From the NCBI GenBank assembly GCA_002269645.1, contig NIVC01002040.1, forward strand, positions 146,251-210,250: a stretch of DNA of 64,000 nucleotides, in the 5' to 3' direction. How positions within the stretch are numbered: position 1 is the first letter of the stretch; every line of letters begins with the position of its first letter. A model generated the notes under the pieces. It was given only the letters and a program-made list of their open reading frames with translations, ran no database searches and had not been told where the DNA came from. Source of the DNA: Macrostomum lignano (Eukaryota). The translations under genes were made by a program, and so were the position numbers. Shown in pieces: positions 37,078 through 48,100 of this stretch.

Positions 37078-37885
37078 TGCTTCCATCATTTTCTATGCTA
37101 TGTTTAGATTACAATTGCAATGATGATTTGAAGTGATTTGAAAAGTGAGTACAATGTACAATAATTGTGAAGCCTAATTTTTTGATATACTGAAGTGTTT
37201 TTAGACTTTTTTTAAAGTGCATTTTGCCTATTAGTATTAGGCAATATAACTTTTTTGCCTTAAACTTTTTTGCTAATAATATTTTTATAACTTTTTTTAT
37301 ATAACCAATTTCTATTACAATTATATATTGTAATAATTAAATAATTATCCAGTTAATATATGCTACTATCATTTTTTAGCTTTTTTATCCCTTATCTATT
37401 ACTATTGATAAGAATAAATTTAATATAGCCAGAATAGCCAAAACCTTAAAGCCTTAAAAAGTTAGTTTTAGGCCTAAAATGCATAGATGGCTATATATAA
37501 AATTTGCTATTTTTGATATAATCATACCTAAAATAGAAGTTGGAAAAGGTTGGTAAATAATTGAAAAAAATATTGATTATGTTGAAGGAGTTTTAGCCTT
37601 TGATTTAATCTCTCTGGTTCCACCAAGTTGTTACCTAATTGCGTCAATTGCATGAGCAGAGTTACAGAGTCGCTTGCAAAGATCACTGCATTAGACCACT
37701 AGGCTATTTCCCCTTAATTAAAGTACACAATATTTCATATAAACCATATTTTTTACACAGCTTTCTATTTGCTCAATTCATGTCAAAGCACTATTAAATA
37801 TCTAATAAAGTGCACACAAAGCAAACTGGTAGTATAAAAAAGGCGATACTGTGTTAATTTTCTTCTAGTAGGAAGCTAACAGAAG

Positions 37886-40800
37886 ATGTCGGACAAGCTG
37901 ACTCGCATAGCCATAGTGAGCTCCGACAGGTGCAAGCCGAAGAAATGCCGACAAGAGTGCAAACGCTCCTGTCCAGTGGTTCGAGTTGGCAAACTGTGCA
38001 TCGAAGTGACGCCAGCTGATAAGACGGCGTTCATCTCCGAGGAGCTTTGCATCGGCTGCGGTATCTGCGTGAAGAAGTGCCCATTCGAGGCTATTAATAT
38101 TATTAATTTGCCTAGCAACTTGGAGAAGGACACTACTCATCGGTATGGTCCGAACTCTTTCAAGCTGCACCGACTGCCAACGCCCAGGCCAGGCGAAGTG
38201 CTTGGACTGGTCGGCACTAATGGTATTGGCAAGAGTACGGCGCTAAAGATCCTGGCTGGCAAGCTCAAGCCCAACTTGGGCAGGTAGGACAACTCTTAAA
38301 TTCATCTTAACCTGACCTAAAACTGAGTCTAGCTCCGTCAAAAAGCTACTTCTAATCCTGACCTAAAACTGAGTCTAGCTCCGTCACAAACCTACGCCCA
38401 AACCTGACCTAAAACTGAGTCTAGCTCCATCACAAACCTACGCCCAATCCTGACCTAAAACTGAGTCTAGCTCCATCACAAACCTATGCCCAATCCTGAC
38501 CTAAAACTGAGTCTAGCTCCATCACAAACCTACGCCCAATCCTGACCTAAAACTGAGTCTAGCTCCGACACAAAGCTACTCCTAATCCTGACCTAAAACT
38601 GAGTCTAGCTCCGACACAAAGCTACTCCTAATCCTGACCTAAAACTGAGTCTAGCTCCACCACAAAGCTACTTCTAAACCTGACCTAAAACTGAGTCTAG
38701 CTCCACCACAAAGCTACTTTTAAACCTGACCTAAAACTGTGTCTAGCTCCATCACAAAGCTACTTCTAAAACTGACCTAAAACTGTGTCTAGCTCCATCA
38801 CAAGGTACTTCTAATCCTGACCTAAAACTGAGTCTAGCTCCATCACAAAGCTACTTCTAAACCTGACCTAAAACTGAGTCTAGCTCCATCACAAAGCTAC
38901 TTCTAAACCTGACCTAAAACCGAGTCTAGCTCCATCACAAAGCTACTTCTAAACCTGACCTAAAAATGAGTCTAGCTCCACCACAAGGTACTTCTAAACC
39001 TGACCTAAAACTGAGTCTAGCTCCACCACAAAGCTACTTCTAAACCTGACCTAAAACTGTGTCTAGCTCCACCACAAAGCTACTTCTAAACCTGACCTAA
39101 AACTGAGTCTAGCTCCACCACAAAGCTACTTCTAAACCTGACCTAAAACTGAGTCTAGCTCCACCACAAAGCTACTTCTAAACCTGACCTAAAACTGAGT
39201 CTAGCTCCACCACAAAGCTACTTTTAAACCTGACCTAAAACTGTGTCTAGCTCCATCACAAAGCTACTTCTAAAACTGACCTAAAACTGAGTCTAGCTCC
39301 ACCACAAAGCTACTTCTAAAACTGACCTAAAACTGTGTCTAGCTCCATCTTAAAGCTACTTCTAAACCTGACCTAAAACTGAGTCTAGCTCCATCACAAA
39401 GCTACTCCTTAGCCTGACCTAAAATCTTGACCTACAACTTGAAGCCACCCAAAACCCCAAATCCAACTCACAGGTACAGCCAACCGCCCGAATGGATGGA
39501 GATTCTACAGTATTTTCGCGGCTCAGAGTTGCAAAACTTCTTCACCAAAATACTGGAAGACAATCTCAAAGCTGTAGTGAAACCGCAATACGTCGATCAG
39601 ATACCAAAAGCTGTGAAAGGCACAGTGCAAGGCCTGATGGACAAGAAAGACGATCGCGGCGTTCAAGAATCAGTTTGCGAACAATTCGACTTGCTGCACG
39701 TGCGCGACCGCGAAGTTGAAATGTTGAGCGGCGGCGAACTGCAACGCTTCGCCTGCGCCATGGTGTGCATCCAGAAGGCCGACGTGTACATGTTTGACGA
39801 GCCCAGCAGTTATTTGGACGTTAAACAGCGACTCAACGCTGCCAGAGCGATTCGAGCTCTACTAACCGATAGTAACTATGTTGTAGCAGTAGAGCACGAT
39901 CTCAGCGTGTTGGACTACCTCAGCGATTTCATCTGCTGTCTATATGGCGTCCCAGGAGCCTACGGTGTTGTGACTCTGCCGTCCGGCGTACGCGAAGGCA
40001 TTAACATCTTTCTTGACGGCTTCATTCCTACAGAGAATCTGCGTTTCCGCGACACCGCTTTGGTGTTTAAGGTGAATTCAAATCCCAGTTGAAAATGTTG
40101 CCAGTGACTCAATTAGACTGAATATAGTTGTTGTAAATGCGAAACGCTTGACACAGCAAAAATATTGACTTTATTTAAATGACCTTAAATGTCCTTCGAT
40201 CCTTTCATCGTAATGACCTTAAATGACCTTAATTGACCTTTCATCATAAATTATAACACTTTTAAAACCCCCAGGTAGCGGAGACAGCCATGGAGGAGGA
40301 GACCAAGCGTCAGACCCGCTACAGCTACCCGGAAATGACCAAACGCCTTGGAGATTCGTTTAGCCTCAAAGTCGAATCCGGCACATTTGCCGACTCGCAA
40401 ATTGTTGTCATGCTAGGCGAGAACGGTACTGGTAAGACTACGTTTATTCGACTGCTTGGAGGCCGGCTGGAACCCGACGGTGGCTGCGAAATGCCGGCAC
40501 TGAGGGTCAGCTACAAGCCGCAGAAGATCAGCCCGAAGTCGGACAAGACAGTACAGAATTTGTTTCTGCAAAAAATCCGCGACGCCGTCACGCATCCGCA
40601 GTTCCAGACTGATGTTATTAAACCGCTGGAGGTGGGTTCCGCTTCTTTTTAGCCTGTGACTGCCTCATAATGAAGCTTAGTACCTTTGGTCTCAACTGTG
40701 AACCCATTAGTCCTGAACTGTGAATCCTTAGCCCTTCACTGTGAACCCCTAGTCCTGGATTGTGAATCCCTAGCCCTGAAATGTGAACCCATTAGTCCTG

Positions 40801-43792
40801 AAATGTGAAGCCCTAGTCCTGGATTGTGAACCCTTAGCCCTGAACTGTGAACCCTTAGCCCTGAACTGTGAACCCTTAGCCCTGAAATGTGAAGCCTTAG
40901 CCCTGCATTGTGAACCCCTAGTCCTGGATTGTGAAGCCTTAGCCCTGAAATGTGAACCCTTAGCCCTGAAATGTGAACCCCTAGTCCTGGATTGTGAACC
41001 CTTAGCCCTGAACTGTGAACCCTTAGCCCTGAAATGTAAAGCCCTAGTCCTGGATTGTGAACCCTTAGCCCTGAAATGTGAAGCCTTAGCCCTGCATTGT
41101 GAACCCCTAGTCCTGGATTGTGAACCCTTAGCCCTGAAATGTGAACCCCTAGTCCTGGATTGTGAACCCTTAGCCCTGCACTGTGAACCCTTAGCCCTGA
41201 AATGTGAACCCCTAGTCCTGGATTGTGAACCCTTAGCCCTGAAATGTGAACCCCTAGTCCTGGATTGCGAACCCTTAGCCCTGCACTGTGAACCCTTAGC
41301 CCTGAAATGTGAACCCCTAGCCCTGAACTGTGAACCCTTTGTCCTGAACTGTGAACCCTTAGCCCTGAACTGTGAACCCTTTGTCCTGAATTGTGAACCC
41401 ATTAGTCCTGAACTGTGAACCCTTTGTCCTGAACTGTGAACCCCTAGTCCTTAATTGTGAACATATTAGTCCTGAACTGTGAACCCCTAGTCCTGAATTG
41501 TGAACCCATTAGTCTTGAAATGTGAACCCTTAGCCCTGAACTGTGAACCCCTAGTCCTGAATTGTGAACCCAATAGTCCTGAACTGTGAACCCCTCGTCC
41601 TGAATTGTGAACCCATTAGTCCTGAACTGTGAACCCTTAGCCCTGAACTGTGAACCCCTAGTCCTGAATTGTGAACCCAATAGTCCTGAACTGTGAACCC
41701 CTAGTCCTGAATTGTGAACCCATTAGTCCTGAACTGTGAACCCTTTGTCCTGAGCTATTATCTCGTTTTCCTGAATTGTGAGATTATAATGTTTGATGTT
41801 AATGGCCATTTACACTCAACTTGCTTCTTTCGAAATATTTCAAACAGATTTTGAAGCTCAAAATAAAGGAAATTAATCCCCTTTAATTTCAGCTGGAGCG
41901 ATTGTACGACCAGGAGGTGCAGAACCTGTCCGGTGGCGAGCTCCAGCGAGTGGCCCTGGCCATCTGCCTGGGCACCCCGGCCGACGTGTACCTGATTGAC
42001 GAGCCCTCCGCCTACCTGGACTCCGAGCAGCGTTTGCACGCGGCCAGAGTTATTAAACGCTACATTTTGCACGCTAAGAAGGCTGCGTTTGTTGTTGAAC
42101 ACGATTTTATTATGGCTACCTATCTGGCCGATCAGGTGTGTTCTACTTTCCTCTGTTCGCTAATTTCTTCAGAATACCTTGAAAATCCCATAATCTTCAG
42201 GATCTTTCTTAAAAATCCCATAATCCTCAGGATCTTTCTTAGAAATCCCATAATCCTCAGGATCTTTCTTAGAAATCCCATAATCCTCAGAATCGCCCTT
42301 AGAAATCCCATAATCCTCAGAATCGCCCTTAGAAATCCCATAATCCTCAGAATCGCCCTTAGAAATCCCATAATCCTCAGAATCTCTGTTAAAAATCCCA
42401 TAATCCTCAGAATCTTTCTTAAAAATCCCATAATCCTCAGGATCTTTCTTAGAAATCCCATAATCCTTAAAATCGCCCTCAGAAATCCCATAATCCTCAG
42501 AATCGCCCTTAGAATCACATAATCTTCAGAATTAACCTTAAATATCCTATAATCCTCAGAATCTCCCTTAGAAATCCGATAATCCTCAGGATCTTTCTTA
42601 GAAATCCCATAATCCTCAAAATCGCCCTTAGAAATCCCATAATCCTCAAATTCACCCTTAGAAATCCCATAATCCTCAGAATCTCCCTTAGAAATCCCAT
42701 AATCCTCAGAATCGCCCTTAGAAATCCCATAATCCTCAGAATCGGCCTTAGAAATCCCATAATTCTTAGAATCGCCCTTAGAAATCCCATAATCCTCAGA
42801 ATCGCCCTTAGAAACCCCATAATCCTCAAATTCGCCCTTAGAAATCCCATAATCCTCAGAATCGCCCTTAGAAATCCCATAATCCTCAAATTCGCCCTTA
42901 GAAATCACATAATCCTCAGAATCGGCCTTAGAAATCCCATAATTCTTAGAATCGCCCTTAGAAATCCCATAATCCTCAGAATCGCCCTTAGAAACCCCAT
43001 AATCCTCAAATTCGCCCTTAGAAATCCCATAATCCTCAGAATCGCCCTTAGAAATCCCATAATCCTCAAATTCGCCCTTAGAAATCCCATAATCCTCAAA
43101 TTCGCCCTTAGAAATCCCATAATCCTCAGAATCGCCCTTAGAATCGCATAATTTCAGAATTACCCTTAAATATCCTGTAATCCACAAAATTTCCCTTAGA
43201 AATCCCATAATTCTCAGAACCTTTCTTAGAAATCCCATAATTCTTGAAATCGCCCTTAGAAATCCCATAATTCTTGAAATCGCCCTTAGAAATCCCATAA
43301 TCCTCAGAACCTTTCTTAGAAATCCCATAGTTCTTGAAATCGCCCTTAGAAATCCCATAATTCTTGAAATCGCCCTTAGAAATCCCATAATTCTTGAAAT
43401 CGCCCTTAGAAATCCCATAATTCTTGAAATCGCCCTTAGAAATCCCATAATTCTTGAAATCGCCCTTAGAAATCCCATAATTCTTGAAATCGCCCTTAGA
43501 AATCCCAGAATCGCCCTTAGAAATCCCAGAATCGCCCTAAAAACACAAAAATCGCTCACAATTGCCAATCCTCCCCACGCCGCAGGTGGTGGTATTCGAT
43601 GGCTCCCCAGGCGTGGACACCCGAGCGAACAGCCCAGAGACGCTCCTAGCAGGCATGAACCGGTTCCTCCGCCTACTGGGCATCACCTTCCGCCGAGATC
43701 CCAACAATTTCCGGCCTCGAATTAACAAATTGAACAGCGTCAAGGATGCCGAACAGAAGAAGACTGGAAACTTCTTCTTTCTTGAAGACTAA
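37886..43792 (+). CDS. ABCE1: ABCE1 (RLI) ribosome-recycling ATPase, 600 aa. Exons 37886-38283, 39474-40071, 40275-40631, 41893-42135, 43586-43792
   Basis: Fe-S domain [10 protein letters not shown]...[13 protein letters not shown], Walker [10 protein letters not shown] and [17 protein letters not shown] twice, C-terminal [14 protein letters not shown]...GNFFFLED*; canonical phase-consistent junctions summing to 1803 nt. Confidence 0.97.
38309..39425. repeat. 46-bp minisatellite (AACCTGACCTAAAACTGAGTCTAGCTCCATCACAAAGCTACTTCTA)n, ~24 units, ABCE1 intron 1
   Basis: Period 46 (39121 to 39167). Confidence 0.96.
40696..41752. repeat. 21-bp minisatellite (TGTGAACCCTTAGCCCTGAAA)n, ABCE1 intron 3
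   Basis: ~50 units; creates spurious CEPLALK / RAKGSQF ORFs. Confidence 0.96.
42176..43540. repeat. 30-bp minisatellite (AGAAATCCCATAATCCTCAGAATCGCCCTT)n, ABCE1 intron 4
   Basis: ~45 units; period divisible by 3 gives long repeat ORFs. Confidence 0.96.
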
Positions 43793-44029
43793 ACAGTGTT
43801 TGTTCAAGCTTTTCCGAGATTCTCCCTGGGTTTTTGGAACTGCACTGTTGCGCTTTGATTTTGTCTGCCTGCTCTAATCGCTACTGAATTATTAAGTTTG
43901 GAGGCTTAGTAACTTCCAATCCTTAAACTTTTAATCGCTGTTTCATTGGAACACCCAAGGCTCGCCTTAGATGGCTTCTCATCTCTCTTCAATATTTTTG
44001 GATACGATTTAGACTCTGATCTAATCTAG

Positions 44030-44365
44030 GGTCAGAATTGAGATCCCATATCTGTGGATAGGATTGAGATCCCATATCTAGGGACAGGATTGAGATCCCA
44101 TATCTAGAGACAGGATTGAGATCCCATATCTATGGATAGAGTTTAGATCCTACATCTATAGACAAGATTGAGATCCCATAATCTATGGACAGGATTGAGA
44201 TCCCATATCTAGAGACAATATTGAGATCCTAAATCTAGAGACAGGATTAAGATCCCATACCTAGAGACAGGAGTGAAATCCCATATCTGTGGACAGGATT
44301 GAGATCCCATCTTTAGAGATAGGATTGAGATCCCATCTCTAGGGACAGGATTAAGATCCCATCTA
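44030..44365. repeat. 26-bp minisatellite (GATTGAGATCCCATATCTAGAGACAG)n downstream of ABCE1
   Basis: Period 26 (44061 to 44087). Confidence 0.9.
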
Positions 44366-45194
44366 AATCATAGACAAAATCATTAATCCCTAACCAGCTG
44401 TGTTTGCGCATTGCTCGTCCTGCTTAACTTTCGCAAAATTTCCCAAGCAAAACAGTAATGAAATTGTTGAGAAATTTAGCTTGTTTCAGAGTAATGCTAT
44501 TTATGTCTTCTTGACGGCCGTTTCAATTCTTGTTATCTGCAACACTGTCAGCTTGTCTTTGAAATGGAATTGACTTTTAAATGTTATTTTAATGTGTTTA
44601 ATGTCACTGTCCATTCGACTGGATTTTTGTTTTGCTGTCGTGTTTTGTGCAACTCTGTTAACTGGGCTTACTGTGTCAGGATTTGGGATTGAAATATTTA
44701 TTATTTAATTGTTTGATTCGCCACTTATACTACTTCCCTTGTACCAGCTACTGTTAGTAGCAGTAGTAGTAGAGTTGATGACGGAGTATTTTTATGATTC
44801 TGCTTTAAAATTTAAAGGTCCGATTGCTCTGGTCCGTCTCGTCTCCTCTCTGCCCCCCCCACTCATTATTATATAACTAAATAATATCTTGTTGGTACAG
44901 GTATCCGAGTATTCTAATAAACTAAAAATATAATCTGATTTTTCGTTTGTCTCTGCGCCGCTGCTGTTGTGGGTGTTGATAGCCCGGAAGCTTGACAACT
45001 GCTCTGTTAACTCCTTCTTACTCAGCAGTTTGAAATGGGCTGGATGAATTTCGATTGAAAGATTTTTTCGACTGTTGGCTGTAATTTACTTTGGAGAAAT
45101 TTTATCAGACACGGCTCCATTTTTTGTTCTTTATTTTCCTTGCAAAGCAACGTTCCAAGTGCTCATGATAGCGCTGGGCCTATCAGAGTAGATT

Positions 45195-48100
45195 CTTCCT
45201 TGACTCTTCTTTGAGCTCCCCGAGTCCCTCCCTGACTCTTCTTTAAGCTTCCTCCCTGCCTCTCTATTTAAGCTTCCTCTGACTCTCTTCTTTAAGCTCC
45301 CTCTGACTCTTCTTTAAGCTCCCTCTGACTCTCTTCTTTACGCTCCCTCTGACTCTTCTTTAAGCTCCCTCTGACTCTCTTCTTTAAGCTCCCTCTGACT
45401 CTTCTTTAAGCTCCCTCTGACTCTCTTCTTTAAGCTCCCTCTGACTCTTCTTTAAGCTTCCTCTGACTCTCTTCTTTAAGCTCCCTCTGACTCTTCTTTA
45501 AGCTCCCTCTGACTCTCTTCTTTAAGCTCCCTCTGACTCTTCTTTAAGCTCCCTCTGACTCTCTTCTTTAAGCTCCCTCCCTAACTCTTCTTTAAGCTCC
45601 CTCTGACTCTCTTCTTTAAGCTCCCTCTGACTCTTCTTTAAGCTCCCTCTGACTCTTCTTTAACTTCACTCCCTGACTCCTTTAACTTCACTCCCTGACT
45701 CCTCTTTAACTTCACTCCCTGACTCTTCTTTAACTTCACTCCCTGACTCCTTTAACTTCACTCCCTGACTCTTTAACTTCACTCCCTGACTCTTTAACTT
45801 CACTCCCTGACTCTTTAACTTCACTCCCTGACTCTTCTTTAAATTCACTTCCTGACTCTTCTTTAACTTCACTTCCTGACTCTTTAACTTCACTCCCTGA
45901 CTCTTTAACTTCACTCCCTGACTCTTTTAACTTCACTCCCTGACTCTTTAACTTCACTCCCTGACTCTTCTTTAACTTCACTCCCTGACTCTTTAACTTC
46001 ACTCCCTGACTCTTCTTTAACTTCACTCCCTGACTCTTTAACTTCACTCCCTGACTCTTTAACTTCACTCCCTGACTCTTTAACTTCACTCCCTGACTCT
46101 TTAACTTCACTCCCTGACTCTTCTTTAACTTCACTCCCTGACTCTTTAACTTCACTCCCTGACTCTTCTTTAACTTCACTCCCTGACTCTTTAACTTCAC
46201 TCCCTGACTCTTTAACTTCACTCCCTGACTCTTCTTTAACTTCACTCCCTGACTCTTCTTTAACTTCACTCCCTGACTCTTTAACTTCACTCCCTGCCTC
46301 TCTATTTAAGCTTCCTCTGACTCTCTTCTTTAAGCTCCCTCTGACTCTTCTTTAAGCTCCCTCTGACTCTCTTCTTTAAGCTCCCTCTGACTCTTCTTTA
46401 AGCTTCCTCTGACTCTCTTCTTTAAGCTCCCTCTGACTCTTCTTTAAGCTCCCTCTGACTCTCTTCTTTAAGCTCCCTCTGACTCTTCTTTAAGCTCCCT
46501 CTGACTCTCTTCTTTAAGCTCCCTCCCTGACTCTTCTTTAACTTCACTCCCTGACTCTTTAACTTCACTCCCTGACTCTTCTTTAACTTCACTCCCTGAC
46601 TCTTTAACTTCACTCCCTGACTCTTCTTTAACTTCACTCCCTGACTCTTTAACTTCACTCCCTGACTCTTTAACTTCACTCCCTGACTCTTCTTTAACTT
46701 CACTCCCTGACTCTTCTTTAACTTCACTCCCTGACTCTTTAACTTCACTCCCTGCCTCTCTATTTAAGCTTCCTCTGACTCTCTTCTTTAAGCTCCCTCT
46801 GACTCTTCTTTAAGCTCCCTCTGACTCTCTTCTTTAAGCTCCCTCTGACTCTTCTTTAAGCTTCCTCTGACTCTCTTCTTTAAGCTCCCTCTGACTCTTC
46901 TTTAAGCTCCCTCTGACTCTCTTCTTTAAGCTCCCTCTGACTCTTCTTTAAGCTCCCTCTGACTCTCTTCTTTAAGCTCCCTCCCTAACTCTTCTTTAAG
47001 CTCCCTCTGACTCTTCTTTAACTTCACTCCCTGACTCCTTTAACTTCACTCCCTGACTCCTCTTTAACTTCACTCCCTGACTCTTCTTTAACTTCACTCC
47101 CTGACTCCTTTAACTTCACTCCCTGACTCTTTAACTTCACTCCCTGACTCTTTAACTTCACTCCCTGACTCTTTTAACTTCACTCCCTGACTCTTTAACT
47201 TCACTCCCTGACTCTTCTTTAACTTCACTCCCTGACTCTTTAACTTCACTCCCTGACTCTTCTTTAACTTCACTCCCTGACTCTTTAACTTCACTCCCTG
47301 ACTCTTTAACTTCACTCCCTGACTCTTTAACTTCACTCCCTGACTCTTTAACTTCACTCCCTGACTCTTTAACTTCACTCCCTGACTCTTCTTTAACTTC
47401 ACTCCCTGACTCTTCTTTAACTTCACTCCCTGACTCTTTAACTTCACTCCCTGACTCTTCTTTAACTTCACTCCCTGACTCTTTAACTTCACTCCCTGAC
47501 TCTTCTTTAACTTCACTCCCTGACTCTTTAACTTCACTCCCTGACTCTTTAACTTCACTCCCTGACTCTTCTTTAACTTCACTCCCTGACTCTTTGACTT
47601 CACTCCCTGCCTCTCTATTTAAGCTTCCTCTGACTCTCTTCTTTAAGCTCCCTCTGACTCTTCTTTAAGCTCCCTCTGACTCTCTTCTTTACGCTCCCTC
47701 TGACTCTTCTTTAAGCTCCCTCTGACTCTCTTCTTTAAGCTCCCTCTGACTCTTCTTTAAGCTCCCTCTGACTCTCTTCTTTAAGCTCCCTCCCTAACTC
47801 TTCTTTAAGCTCCCTCTGACTCTTCTTTAAGCTCCCTCTGACTCTTCTTTAACTTCACTCCCTGACTCCTTTAACTTCACTCCCTGACTCCTCTTTAACT
47901 TCACTCCCTGACTACTCTTTAACTTCACTCCCTGACTCCTCTTTAACTTCACTCCCTGACTCTTTAACTTCACTCCCTGACTCTTTAACTTCACTCCCTG
48001 ACTCTTTAACTTCACTCCCTGACTCTTTAACTTCACTCCCTGACTCTTCTTTAACTTCACTTCCTGACTCTTCTTTAACTTCACTTCCTGACTCTTTAAC

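Noticed and set aside
40770-41418. CEPLALK / RAKGSQF repeat proteins
   Set aside because: 21-bp intronic minisatellite within ABCE1 intron 3.
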